From contig JBJOKS010000011.1 of NCBI GenBank assembly GCA_046045965.1, positions 32,001 to 96,000 of the forward strand: DNA of 64,000 nucleotides, given 5' to 3'. This stretch comes from Cyanobacteriota bacterium. Its GTDB lineage: Bacteria > Cyanobacteriota > Cyanobacteriia > Cyanobacteriales > Nostocaceae. Shown in pieces: positions 9,393 through 19,123 of the stretch. The position numbers and the translations under genes are program-made. The notes under the pieces are model-generated. The model made no database searches, was not told where the DNA came from, and saw only the letters and a list, made by a program, of their open reading frames with translations. Each line of letters begins with the position of its first letter. Position 1 is the stretch's first letter.

Positions 9393-10478
9393 GTGAAAAT
9401 TCCAAGTTCGATCTGGACATTACTCATTGGCATCGTGCTAACCCTAGTCAGCCTTTGGTACGGTCAAAATCACGGTCTGTTGCCTACCGCCGCATCAGAT
9501 GAAGCCGTATTGATAGATGGTTTATTTAGCGCAATGCTAACTGTTTCTGCAAGTATATTTCTAATAGTTGAAGGTGTTTTAATCTACTCAGCATTTAAAT
9601 ACCGTCGGCGTGCAGGAGACAACGAAGATGGACCACCAATTGAGGGTAATATACCCTTAGAAATACTCTGGACGGCGATCCCCGCAATTATCGTTATCGG
9701 TATTTCGGTTTACAGCTTTGATGTATACAACCAAATCGGTGGATTTGATCCTCATGCAGTCCATGCAGCCCCTGAAAGACTGATGATGGAAGAATCAATG
9801 TCCATGCCAGGAACTGCTATTGCAGCCACTTTAAACGATACACCTGGCAGCACAGAACCAAATCTCAACCAAGCAAAATCTGACCAGGCCATGCAAGACC
9901 CGGCCACCGCAGCAGTCCGCAATGCAGAAATTCCCCAAATGCGGAATGCTCCCGGTGTCGGTAGTGTTGCTCCCACCTTGGGCGCAAGTGAGGAAAAAGC
10001 GGGACAACCACCGCAATTAGTCGTTAACGTCTCTGCCCTCCAGTACGCTTGGATTTTTACCTACCCAGATACAGGCGTGACTACTGGGGAACTCCACGTA
10101 CCCATCGGGCAAGAAGTACAAATGAACATGACCGCTAATGATGTCATTCATGCCTTTTGGGTTCCAGAATTCCGCCTCAAACAAGACGTAATCCCCGGTA
10201 GACAAACAGAGGTTCGCTTCACACCCAGAAAAGAAGGCAGTTATACCTTAATTTGTGCTGAACTGTGTGGCCCCTACCACGGCGCAATGCAAACCCAAGT
10301 AGTGGTAGAGTCCCAAGAGGCTTATGAAACTTGGATGCAAGAACAACTAGTTGCTAGTAAAGACACTCTCAACCAAGCGGTTGCCATCAACCCTGCGGAT
10401 TTATCCCCAGATCAATTTCTCGCTCCCTACACTAAGGACATGGGCATTCACTCAGAAATGCTGCATTTACACAGGTGA
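9393..10478 (+). CDS. coxB: Cytochrome c oxidase subunit II
   Basis: LEILWTAIP, DVIHAFWVP, CuA motif CAELCGPYHGAM. Confidence 0.95.
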   Translation: MKIPSSIWTLLIGIVLTLVSLWYGQNHGLLPTAASDEAVLIDGLFSAMLTVSASIFLIVEGVLIYSAFKYRRRAGDNEDGPPIEGNIPLEILWTAIPAIIVIGISVYSFDVYNQIGGFDPHAVHAAPERLMMEESMSMPGTAIAATLNDTPGSTEPNLNQAKSDQAMQDPATAAVRNAEIPQMRNAPGVGSVAPTLGASEEKAGQPPQLVVNVSALQYAWIFTYPDTGVTTGELHVPIGQEVQMNMTANDVIHAFWVPEFRLKQDVIPGRQTEVRFTPRKEGSYTLICAELCGPYHGAMQTQVVVESQEAYETWMQEQLVASKDTLNQAVAINPADLSPDQFLAPYTKDMGIHSEMLHLHR

Positions 10479-10512
10479 CTGGGGACTGGTGACTGGGGAC
10501 TGGTGACTGGGT
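10476..10512 (+). repeat. STRR heptamer tandem repeat (GACTGGG/GACTGGT)
   Basis: About 5 tandem 7-mers in the coxB-coxA spacer. Confidence 0.85.
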
Positions 10513-10578
10513 TATTTACCTCCATTTCTTCCCCTACTTCCCCTACTTCCTGACTCCTTGATCTCCTTTAAAAAAACT

Positions 10579-12273
10579 ATGACCCAAGCACAATTACAAG
10601 AAACTGCCAATATTCCCACTCTCCAGGCAGAACCAGGGGTGAGAAAGTGGTGGGAATTTTTTACATTCAATACCGACCATAAGGTAATTGGTATTCAATA
10701 CCTGGTTACATCTTTTATTTTCTACTGCATTGGCGGCGTGATGGCTGACTTGGTGCGGACAGAACTACGCACCCCAGAGGTGGATTTTGTCACTCCAGAA
10801 GTCTATAACAGCCTGTTCACACTCCATGCCACGATCATGATTTTCCTGTGGATCGTGCCAGCAGGGGCGGGTTTTGCTAACTATCTCATCCCCTTGATGA
10901 TCGGGGCTAGGGATATGGCATTTCCTCGTTTAAATGCTGTGGCTTTTTGGATGATCCCCCCTGCGGGTGTGTTACTTACCCTCAGTTTGGCGGTGGGTGA
11001 TGCACCGGATGCTGGTTGGACTTCTTACCCTCCTCTAAGTTTGGTAACAGGCCAAGTGGGTGAGGCGATATGGATCATCAGTGTTCTGCTGTTGGGTACA
11101 TCGTCGATTTTGGGGGCAATTAATTTTATTGTCACCCTCTTAAAAATGCGTGTTCCCAGTATGGGAGTCCATCAAATGCCCTTGTTTTGTTGGGCAATGT
11201 TGGCAACTTCTGCTTTGGTGTTGCTATCTACTCCAGTTCTAGCCGGGGCGTTAATTCTGCTGGCTTTTGATTTGTTAGCAGGAACAACTTTTTTTAACCC
11301 CACTGGTGGCGGTGATCCGGTCGTTTACCAGCATATGTTCTGGTTTTACTCCCATCCAGCAGTTTACATCATGATTTTGCCTTTCTTTGGGGCAATTTCT
11401 GAGATTATCCCAGTACATTCTCGTAAACCAATTTTCGGTTATAAGGCGATCGCCTATTCTTCTCTGGCTATCAGCTTTTTAGGTTTAATCGTTTGGGCGC
11501 ACCATATGTTTACCAGTGGTATCCCCGGTTGGTTGCGGATGTTTTTTATGATCACTACTATGATCATCGCTGTCCCCACCGGGATCAAAATTTTTAGCTG
11601 GTTAGCAACTATGTGGGGTGGCAAAATTCAACTGAATACCCCCATGTTATTTGCTATGGGCTTTGTGGGTACATTCGTAATGGGTGGGGTGAGTGGGGTA
11701 ATGTTAGCCGCAGTCCCCTTTGATATTCACGTTCACGATACCTATTTTGTTGTCGCCCACCTGCATTATGTTCTCTTTGGTGGTAGCGTTTTAGGCATTT
11801 TCGCCGCTATTTATCATTGGTTCCCAAAAATCACGGGAAGGATGATGAACGAATTTTGGGGTAAGGTTCACTTTGCCTTAACTATCGTTGGTTTAAATAT
11901 GGCCTTCTTACCCATGCACAAACTAGGACTGATGGGTATGAATCGCCGAGTTGCCCAATATGACCCCAAATTTACAACTTTGAATGAAATCTGCACTTAC
12001 GGGGCTTATATTCTCGCGGTTTCTACATTACCCTTTATCATCAATGCCATTTGGAGTTGGTTATATGGTGAAAAAGCGCCTAATAACCCTTGGCGCGCAC
12101 TTACTTTAGAGTGGATGACAACTTCACCACCCACAATTGAGAATTTTGAGATACTCCCAGTTTTAACTACTGGTCCCTACGACTACGGCGTAAAAGAGAA
12201 GAAAGTTGATGTCACTCAAGTATTAAGCGTCCAACCAGATGAACCCTATCCAACTATTGAGTCTGGTGTTTAA
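10579..12273 (+). CDS. coxA: Cytochrome c oxidase subunit I
   Basis: TDHKVIG, GWTSYPPLS, WFYSHPAVY, VWAHHMF, HDTYFVVAHLHY; start MTQAQ at 10579. Confidence 0.97.
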   Translation: MTQAQLQETANIPTLQAEPGVRKWWEFFTFNTDHKVIGIQYLVTSFIFYCIGGVMADLVRTELRTPEVDFVTPEVYNSLFTLHATIMIFLWIVPAGAGFANYLIPLMIGARDMAFPRLNAVAFWMIPPAGVLLTLSLAVGDAPDAGWTSYPPLSLVTGQVGEAIWIISVLLLGTSSILGAINFIVTLLKMRVPSMGVHQMPLFCWAMLATSALVLLSTPVLAGALILLAFDLLAGTTFFNPTGGGDPVVYQHMFWFYSHPAVYIMILPFFGAISEIIPVHSRKPIFGYKAIAYSSLAISFLGLIVWAHHMFTSGIPGWLRMFFMITTMIIAVPTGIKIFSWLATMWGGKIQLNTPMLFAMGFVGTFVMGGVSGVMLAAVPFDIHVHDTYFVVAHLHYVLFGGSVLGIFAAIYHWFPKITGRMMNEFWGKVHFALTIVGLNMAFLPMHKLGLMGMNRRVAQYDPKFTTLNEICTYGAYILAVSTLPFIINAIWSWLYGEKAPNNPWRALTLEWMTTSPPTIENFEILPVLTTGPYDYGVKEKKVDVTQVLSVQPDEPYPTIESGV

Positions 12274-12381
12274 TTCGTAATTCGTAATTCGTAATTCGTA
12301 ATTCGTAATTGAAAGAAAATTATGAATTATGAATTACCAATTACCCATTACCTATTACCTATTACCTATTACCCATTACCA
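12271..12381. repeat. STRR arrays (AATTCGT)n, (ATGAATT)n and (ATTACCY)n in the coxA-coxC spacer
   Basis: Tandem 7-mers visible directly; the first two arrays are approximate reverse complements. Confidence 0.85.
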
Positions 12382-12393
12382 AATAAGAAATTC

Positions 12394-13014
12394 ATGCAAA
12401 GTCAAATAATTGACCCAGCTAAAATCGCAGAAAATCATCATCATGCGGCTGTAGATACCCATCATGAAGCACATCCAGACCATCGTTTATTTGGTTTGGT
12501 GGTGTTCCTGGTTGCTGAAGGGATGATTTTTATGGGTATGTTCGGTGCTTATTTAGCTTTCCGTTCTACTTTACCTGTCTGGCCTCCTGCTGGTACACCA
12601 GAGTTAGAACTGCTGTTACCTGGTGTGAATACTATAAACTTGATTGCCAGCAGTTTTGTGATGCACAATGCTGATACTGCAATTAAAAAGAATGATGCCA
12701 AGGGGATGCGTACCTGGTTGGCTATTACTGCGGCTATGGGTGCAATTTTCTTGGTGGGGCAGGTTTATGAATATACCCATCTGGAATTTGGTTTAACTAC
12801 CAATTTGTTCGCTAGTGCTTTTTACGTTCTCACCGGTTTTCACGGTTTGCACGTTACTATCGGGGTTTTAGCAATTTTGGCGGTGTTGTGGCGATCGCGC
12901 ACTCCCGGTCACTATAGCAATGAAAAGCATTTCGGTATTGAAGCTGCTGAACTGTACTGGCACTTTGTGGACGTAATCTGGATCATTTTATTCGGATTAC
13001 TATATCTACTGTAG
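12394..13014 (+). CDS. coxC: Cytochrome c oxidase subunit III
   Basis: FLVAEGMIF, LTGFHGLHV, LYWHFVDVIW; start MQSQ at 12394 (the upstream extension is translated STRR). Confidence 0.95.
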   Translation: MQSQIIDPAKIAENHHHAAVDTHHEAHPDHRLFGLVVFLVAEGMIFMGMFGAYLAFRSTLPVWPPAGTPELELLLPGVNTINLIASSFVMHNADTAIKKNDAKGMRTWLAITAAMGAIFLVGQVYEYTHLEFGLTTNLFASAFYVLTGFHGLHVTIGVLAILAVLWRSRTPGHYSNEKHFGIEAAELYWHFVDVIWIILFGLLYLL

Positions 13015-13058
13015 GTATTAATTACTTGGTTATTCACTCCACCTGAATAATTTACAGT

Positions 13059-13080
13059 CCCCCACCCAGGGGGTTTTTTT
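13059..13080 (+). terminator. Rho-independent terminator of coxBAC
   Basis: CCCCC-ACCCA-GGGGG followed by T7. Confidence 0.7.
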
Positions 13081-13183
13081 ATAGCAGGAGGCAGGAGGCA
13101 GAGGGCAGGAGGCAGGAGGGAAAGCCTTGTTATATCTAAGTCTCAAGGATTAATGATGTCCTAACTATCCTGGCTACAGCTAT
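13080..13183. mobile_element. Small MITE-like element with TATAGC...GCTATA ends and GGCAGGA repeats
   Basis: Short terminal inverted repeat; internal (GGCAGGA)n array shared with the element at 33689. Confidence 0.45.
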
Positions 13184-13377
13184 ATAACCAAACTTACGTA
13201 ACTAGTCGCAAATAGATACCCGATTTCTCAAAAAAGTCGGGGATTTGGATATTAGGTTTTTTGAATAATTTCCCAACATGATATGAGTTAGGTTGTGGGT
13301 TTTTGATTTGCGGAAATATGTTGATTTATTTTGAATCTAAATCACAGCATATAAACATGAATAATTGAATTGAAACT

Positions 13378-13839
13378 ATGTCTTTGCATCAGTACAAAAA
13401 AAACGGATACCTAGCAGCAAGTATAGGTAGTTTAATAGGGGCTGCCTTACTGATGTATCCTGGTCATTTTTTAGGTGTTGGTTATGTAAAAATGTTCATG
13501 CCCAATGCTACTCTAGATGGAATCTTTCCCCCTTTTATCGGGTTTATTTTTGGCTGGTGGGTTGGAGAAGTTTTAGGATGTTGGCTGGCTTTGGGGCTGC
13601 TACGCTACCGCAGGGCAGCAAGAACAGCTAAATTATTACTAATGATGACTCCTGTCGGTATATTCTTCTGGATGCTATTTCATATCGTTGTGATCAACTG
13701 GATAGGTACTATTGTTAATCAGTCAAATTCCATAGCCAATCTACAGTATAGAACTATGCCTCTAACTATAGCTTTTGTCGCCATTGCTTTATCTCTGAAA
13801 GCAAGGTATCTAGCACAACAAAATACTTTTAAAATGTAG
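13378..13839 (+). CDS. Hypothetical membrane protein
   Basis: 153 aa with 3-4 hydrophobic, Gly-rich segments. Confidence 0.65.
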   Translation: MSLHQYKKNGYLAASIGSLIGAALLMYPGHFLGVGYVKMFMPNATLDGIFPPFIGFIFGWWVGEVLGCWLALGLLRYRRAARTAKLLLMMTPVGIFFWMLFHIVVINWIGTIVNQSNSIANLQYRTMPLTIAFVAIALSLKARYLAQQNTFKM

Positions 13840-13844
13840 TAAAA

Positions 13845-14924
13845 TTACTGATTTAGCCAAATATTAATTGTATCATCTAATCCACCACTGGCGAGTATTT
13901 TACCATCAGGACTAAAAGCAATATCTTTGATGGGTTGCGACCAGGCACTTAGGTAATTATTATTTTCTTGTGGTATATCTTTTAACTGACCTGTAGTTAA
14001 ATCCCACATTTTCATCCCATCTTGTCCACCACTAGCAAGGGTTTTACCATCCGGATTCATCGCCATAGCATTCACCGCATTATTATGTCCTGTCAGGGTT
14101 CGGACTCTTGTACCTTTATTAACATTCCAAATTTTAATGGTTTTATCCCGGCTAGAACTAGCTAAACTTTGCCCATCTGGTGTAAAAGCTAACCCAGTTA
14201 CTATTTGAGCATGGGCTTTTATCTCTCGGATGAATTGACGAGAATTCAAATTCCAAAGTTTAACAACACCCTTATTATCACCACTGGCTAAAGTCTGCCC
14301 ATCTTGACTAATAGCCAAGGTATAAATTGCATTATCAAAGCGTACTAGGGTAGCTAGTGGTAGTTGTTGTTTTAAATCCCACAAACGAATCCCATCTAAA
14401 CCACCACTGATGAGCATTTTACTATCAGGAGTCACCACCAAAGATAAAACCGAAGTGGTATGTCCATCAAAAGCACGGCTAAACTCCAGATTTTTGAGGT
14501 TCCAAAGATTAATCCTGTAGTCACTACCGCAACTAACTAGGGTTTTACCATCTGGGGAAATTAAAACAGAGTCTACAGATCCTTGATGCGCTCTGTTAAT
14601 TGTACCCAGCTTTTTACCGGTTTGAGGATTCCAGAAGCGAATTATTGGCTCGTTGTCTGAGCCACCACTGACCAAAATTTTACCATTGGGGCTGAAATTT
14701 AGTGATTTAACAGTTCCTGTGTGTCCTCGTAAAGTGTGAAGCAGTCGGGGATGGATAACACTTCTGCTATCTAAGGAATCTATATTTACTTTATTAGCAG
14801 CTTGAGCAGGATGAGTAGAAAAATCCTGACTAATGGAAATTGAAACCGCGACGACTGCCAAAGATGCTAAGGTCAGACCAGAGCGAATAAATATTTTACA
14901 TCCCCTTCTTACTTCATTGCTCAC
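13845..14924 (-). CDS. WD40-repeat protein with N-terminal signal-like segment
   Basis: About 7 GH...WN/WD repeats; hydrophobic N-terminus ending AQA. Confidence 0.9.
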   Translation of the reverse strand: MSNEVRRGCKIFIRSGLTLASLAVVAVSISISQDFSTHPAQAANKVNIDSLDSRSVIHPRLLHTLRGHTGTVKSLNFSPNGKILVSGGSDNEPIIRFWNPQTGKKLGTINRAHQGSVDSVLISPDGKTLVSCGSDYRINLWNLKNLEFSRAFDGHTTSVLSLVVTPDSKMLISGGLDGIRLWDLKQQLPLATLVRFDNAIYTLAISQDGQTLASGDNKGVVKLWNLNSRQFIREIKAHAQIVTGLAFTPDGQSLASSSRDKTIKIWNVNKGTRVRTLTGHNNAVNAMAMNPDGKTLASGGQDGMKMWDLTTGQLKDIPQENNNYLSAWSQPIKDIAFSPDGKILASGGLDDTINIWLNQ

Positions 14925-15020
14925 AATTACCTCTCACTGCTGCTCTAAAACAGTTACAACCCAATATTACTGATTGACCAAATCACCAATAATCCATAAT
15001 TATGAATTATGAATTATGAA

Positions 15021-15326
15021 TTATGAATTATTTTGACGTGGTTTTTTCTTGGAAACGGTAATGATTGGTAAAGGTGGACTAGAGGACTGAGGGGGTAAAT
15101 AATGTTGTACCACAGTTTCCTCTGGCATTGGGGGACGCTGCTGCATCCGCCATAATTTAAAGGCTAAGGCTACTCCTGTTGTTCCTAAGCCAAAAGTGAA
15201 TAATGACCAGCTATCGTCTAAACCACCAATCAGAGCATCTACTATACCCATTGTTACCAATGCACTGATTATAGGTTCTTTTCGGTAGGCTGACTTCAAA
15301 AAACGAGGTAATACAGCGTTCATCAC
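15021..15326 (-). CDS. Small hypothetical membrane protein
   Basis: Two hydrophobic segments followed by a Pro-rich basic tail. Confidence 0.65.
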   Translation of the reverse strand: MMNAVLPRFLKSAYRKEPIISALVTMGIVDALIGGLDDSWSLFTFGLGTTGVALAFKLWRMQQRPPMPEETVVQHYLPPQSSSPPLPIITVSKKKPRQNNS

Positions 15327-15665
15327 AGCTTACTTTGTTCCTGTTAACTTTTTATGTAAGTTTATTCGTAATTTGCCTTTGTCATCTTAGGCTATTTTCT
15401 TCGGCTATTCGGGCATATCAAATTATAATTGTTGGTGGTAAAAACTCAGGTGTAGAAATTAACCATCTTGTTTGCCGTATTTTCCTCCCTGTGATGGAAC
15501 TGAAAATTTAGGAATTAACTCCCAGAAGCTTGATAGAGATAGACGGTAATTGCTGGAGATAGTTCGCTACTTTTTCCAAAATGTGAAAACCAGCTGGATG
15601 ATCCACCTGGTTTGCACTCTTCTAATTACTAGCTTACAGCTCAAGCTTGGGACTGGCGATGGTAA

Positions 15666-15836
15666 CTACTTCAAACCCAACCAAGCAAGTACACCTTGAT
15701 TCGTGACATATTCAATTACTACCATGAGAATAAAGCCAATCATAGCCGCACGTCCGTTCAAACGTTCAGCATATTCGTTGAAACCAAATTTTGGTTCTTC
15801 TAGTTTGGGGGTAACGGTTGGTTGTGGTTGTGTCAT
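15666..15836 (-). CDS. hli: High-light-inducible protein (HLIP/SCP, chlorophyll a/b-binding family)
   Basis: GFNEYAERLNGRAAMIGF (ExxNGRxAMxG); start MTQPQP at 15836. Confidence 0.95.
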   Translation of the reverse strand: MTQPQPTVTPKLEEPKFGFNEYAERLNGRAAMIGFILMVVIEYVTNQGVLAWLGLK

Positions 15837-16117
15837 AATCGAAAGTCCCTTTCTGCAATAATGGTGGTCGGCAAACAAAACTTAACAGTTTTTTTGTGAA
15901 ATCTTGATGGAGATTGAGTTTGAGTCTCTCTGAGAGAGAGGAATGTCAACTCTTTCTTTACATTTTTTAATGTTTCTTTATCTATTGTAGGAATAGTTTC
16001 ATATTAGTCAAGGTTCAGCGATCGCTAAATTTGCAATTTTGAATTACTGAATACGGAAGCAGTGGGATAAATACTGCACTCTAGAATGAATCCAAAATTA
16101 TTAGAGGTGATAAATAC

Positions 16118-17206
16118 ATGGAAATCGGTGTTCCTAAAGAAACTAAAGATCAAGAATTTCGGGTGGGTTTGAGTCCTTCTAGTGTGCGGGTACTCACAGA
16201 AAGCGGTCATACTGTCTTTGTGGAAACTCAAGCTGGTGCTGGTGCTGGATTTACGGATGATGATTACCGTAATGCGGGAGCAGGAATTGTTGAGACAGCA
16301 GAAGCAGTCTGGAATCGGGAGATGGTTGTTAAGGTTAAAGAACCCTTGAAAACAGAGTATAAATTCTTGCTCAAAGACCAGTTATTATTTACTTATTTAC
16401 ACTTAGCTGCTAATCGGGAATTAACAGAATATTTGATTGATGCTGGAACTTGTGCGATCGCCTACGAAACGGTAGAACAACCAGGTGCAAATAGATTACC
16501 TTTGCTCACGCCTATGAGCATTATTGCAGGTAGGTTAGCTGTACAATTTGGTGCAAGATTCTTGGAACGTCAACAAGGTGGTAGAGGCGTACTTTTAGGG
16601 GGTGTACCTGGAGTTAAACCCGGTAAAGTCGTAATTTTAGGTGGTGGGGTTGTGGGGACTGAAGCGGCTAAAATTGCTGTGGGTATGGGTGCTTCAGTAC
16701 AAATTTTAGATGTCAATGTGGAACGCCTATCTTATTTAGAAACCCTGTTTGGTTCTAGAGTAGAACTACTTTACAGCAATTCTGCCCACATTGAAACCGC
16801 AGTTAAAGAAGCTGACTTACTCATTGGTGCAGTATTAATACCAGGCAAAAAAGCGCCTATTTTAGTATCTCGTGAATTGGTTAAACAAATGCGTCCCGGT
16901 TCTGTGCTTGTGGATGTTGCTGTTGATCAAGGTGGATGTGTAGAAACATTACACCCCACATCCCACACCAGTCCAGTATACATTGATGAGGAAGTTGTAC
17001 ATTATGGCGTTCCTAATATGCCCGGTGCTGTACCTTGGACATCAACTCAAGCACTTAATAATAGTACATTGCCTTATGTAGTGCAGTTGGCTAATTTGGG
17101 TGTTAAGGCTTTAGAAGTTAACCCAGCATTAGGTAAAGGTTTGAATGTGAAAAATCATCGCTTAGTACATCCTGCGGTACTAGAAGTTTTTCCTGACATA
17201 GTTTAA
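16118..17206 (+). CDS. ald: Alanine dehydrogenase
   Basis: MEIGVPKETKDQEFRV, TYLHLAA, GGGVVG, DVAVDQGGC, VPNMPGAVP. Confidence 0.96.
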   Translation: MEIGVPKETKDQEFRVGLSPSSVRVLTESGHTVFVETQAGAGAGFTDDDYRNAGAGIVETAEAVWNREMVVKVKEPLKTEYKFLLKDQLLFTYLHLAANRELTEYLIDAGTCAIAYETVEQPGANRLPLLTPMSIIAGRLAVQFGARFLERQQGGRGVLLGGVPGVKPGKVVILGGGVVGTEAAKIAVGMGASVQILDVNVERLSYLETLFGSRVELLYSNSAHIETAVKEADLLIGAVLIPGKKAPILVSRELVKQMRPGSVLVDVAVDQGGCVETLHPTSHTSPVYIDEEVVHYGVPNMPGAVPWTSTQALNNSTLPYVVQLANLGVKALEVNPALGKGLNVKNHRLVHPAVLEVFPDIV

Positions 17207-17341
17207 ATTTCTCATGACTTAGCTAAGTAGGTAAGGGGGAGTCAAAGTCTCTCCCCTACCAGGTGAAATGATTTGTTGAACTCTTTTGAAACACAGAAGG
17301 TCTATTAAATCCTTTAAAATCGCCTTGATTTGGCTTCTAGA

Positions 17342-17394
17342 ATTCATTCCCATACTCTGTCTGGGAACGAGAAGATACAGAGTATGAGAACGAG
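17342..17394. repeat. REP-like palindromic repeat (CATTCCCA...TGGGAACGAG family)
   Basis: ATTCATTCCCATACTCTGTCTGGGAACGAG plus a partial second copy; same family at 49399-49424 (rc), 49574-49603 and 55064-55091. Confidence 0.75.
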
Positions 17395-17423
17395 AAAATG
17401 GGAAAGAGAAGAAAACTAAAAAA

Positions 17424-17825
17424 TTATGGTGATAATTGCCAAACCTTAATAGACTTATCACCACTACCGCTAATTAAAGCTTTACCATCTTTACTCACAG
17501 CCAAAGCATAAATACCACCAGCATGACCTTCAATAGTCCGGCTTAACTTGCCAGTTTTTAAATCAAAAATACTAATTTTTCTACCTAACCCACCAGTAAT
17601 AAAAATTTTTCCATCGGCAGTGAGAGCAACAGCATTAATGCTACCAAGTTCAGCAGAAAAATTGTGAACAATCTTCCCCGTCTTCAGATTCCAAACCTTT
17701 ACATTATTACCATCAGTTTCTTGAATTGACTGGTGAAAATCGTTATAACCACCATTAATTAAAGTTTGTCCATCGCTACTAATAGCTAGGGAGATAACAG
17801 CAGAAGCACCTTGAAAATCAAACAT
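17424..17825 (-). CDS. Short WD40-repeat protein (about 3 repeats; possibly a truncated remnant)
   Basis: VKVWN, SIFD, GH...IKVW repeats; too few for a full propeller. Confidence 0.6.
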   Translation of the reverse strand: MFDFQGASAVISLAISSDGQTLINGGYNDFHQSIQETDGNNVKVWNLKTGKIVHNFSAELGSINAVALTADGKIFITGGLGRKISIFDLKTGKLSRTIEGHAGGIYALAVSKDGKALISGSGDKSIKVWQLSP

Positions 17826-17967
17826 AGGATTTTTCTTTCGGTTTTGGTGGTACTAAAAAAGTTTTTGTCTATTAATCTTTGTTTTCATCCTTGTATTAAG
17901 GAATTGCTAAGAGGATGTTTTAAAAATGCAGAAATTAAGAGATGATAGAATTAACAGTCATTAGAGG

Positions 17968-18447
17968 ATGATAATTTCACCCATGAATAAAATATTAGAT
18001 GAAACCTTATCTCAACAAGTTGCGGAAAGCATCAAAAGTAAAGCTAAAAAGCCTTTTGATAATGCTTATAAAGCAGTTTTAGCAACTGAGAGTGCAAAGT
18101 ATGTTCAAGGTTTTATAGTTTTTACTGGTCATCCATATAAACCAGTTGAACACGCTTGGGTTGAGTTAGAAGATGTAATTATTGATCCTAGCTTTCCTCA
18201 TTTACAAAGAAAAGCTGAAAATATTTGGTATTTTCCCGCACAAAGTCTGACTGTTAAAAAACTAAAAGCGATTATTGATGAATCAAAAGAAGATTATCCA
18301 GAAGATGATCCTTTACCAATTTATGGTGAAGCACCTTATGAATATTATGGGGATTTAATGTTAGGTGATCATGAATATTTGGCAGCTTATCAAGCGGCTG
18401 AGGTTAAATGTCGAGAAATTAATGGCTTAGATGCTGAGAAAAATTAA
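17968..18447 (+). CDS. Hypothetical protein
   Basis: 159 aa ORF with EHAWVE...IIDP motif; no family recognised. Confidence 0.7.
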   Translation: MIISPMNKILDETLSQQVAESIKSKAKKPFDNAYKAVLATESAKYVQGFIVFTGHPYKPVEHAWVELEDVIIDPSFPHLQRKAENIWYFPAQSLTVKKLKAIIDESKEDYPEDDPLPIYGEAPYEYYGDLMLGDHEYLAAYQAAEVKCREINGLDAEKN

Positions 18448-18551
18448 TATTAAATAGGAATCAGGAGTCAGGAGTCAGGAGTCAAGAGTCAGGAGTCAGT
18501 GAAAAGTAAACTACGATAACAGATAACTGAATAGGGAATAGGAATAAATTT

Positions 18552-18603
18552 ACTAATGACTAATGACTAATGACTAATGACTAATGACTAATGACTAATG
18601 ACT
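18552..18603. repeat. STRR array (ACTAATG)x7, with a (TCAGGAG)n array near 18461-18499
   Basis: Perfect tandem heptamers between convergent genes. Confidence 0.9.
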
Positions 18604-19002
18604 TTAATAAGATTTACCATCGCTGCCAAAATATTCTCTGTAGCTGCAAATTTTATTATCGCGCACGTCAAAGGCAACTGCAATCCGATTTTTATAAGGT
18701 TGTCCAAATAATTTTCCTTCATCACGAAATTCAAAGATGACGGTTTTTTCGTTGCTAGTTATGCTGTCTAAAGATGTTAGCTTAATTCCTGTTTGAAAGG
18801 CTTCAGAAACATAAGCAAAAAACTCTTTTGCTCTTTCTTTACCTATATTTAACCCGTGAAATTTTCCCGTTGGGAACCAAAAGGTAAAATCATCGGTTAG
18901 CATATCTAGAAAATTGTGCCAATCACCAGTTTCTAGACCATATTGAAAATGCTCAAATGCTTGTTGAGCAATTTTTAAAGTTTTTTCTGTTTCGGATGTC
19001 AT
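18604..19002 (-). CDS. NTF2/SnoaL-like (ketosteroid isomerase-like) protein
   Basis: GDW..FLDMLTDDFTFWFP, YKNRIAVAFDVRDNKICSYREYFG. Confidence 0.85.
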   Translation of the reverse strand: MTSETEKTLKIAQQAFEHFQYGLETGDWHNFLDMLTDDFTFWFPTGKFHGLNIGKERAKEFFAYVSEAFQTGIKLTSLDSITSNEKTVIFEFRDEGKLFGQPYKNRIAVAFDVRDNKICSYREYFGSDGKSY

Positions 19003-19123
19003 TTTTTCCACCTATCCACAGGTAAAAATATAATTTTTGAGGGAGACTTTGATGGTTTTATTCCCCTTTTTTAAAGAGACAAGGGGAAATATACATGAAA
19101 ATTGATACTTCTGGTGACATCCT

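Noticed and set aside
12322..12393. N-terminal extension of coxC (MNYELPITHYLLPIT...)
   Set aside because: Translation of STRR heptamers
15952..15985. HLR1 (RpaB) site upstream of the hli gene
   Set aside because: Only one good TTTACA half-site; the second repeat is too degenerate to call
17219..17464. 81-aa minus-strand ORF
   Set aside because: Runs through REP-like repeats and overlaps the WD40 gene end
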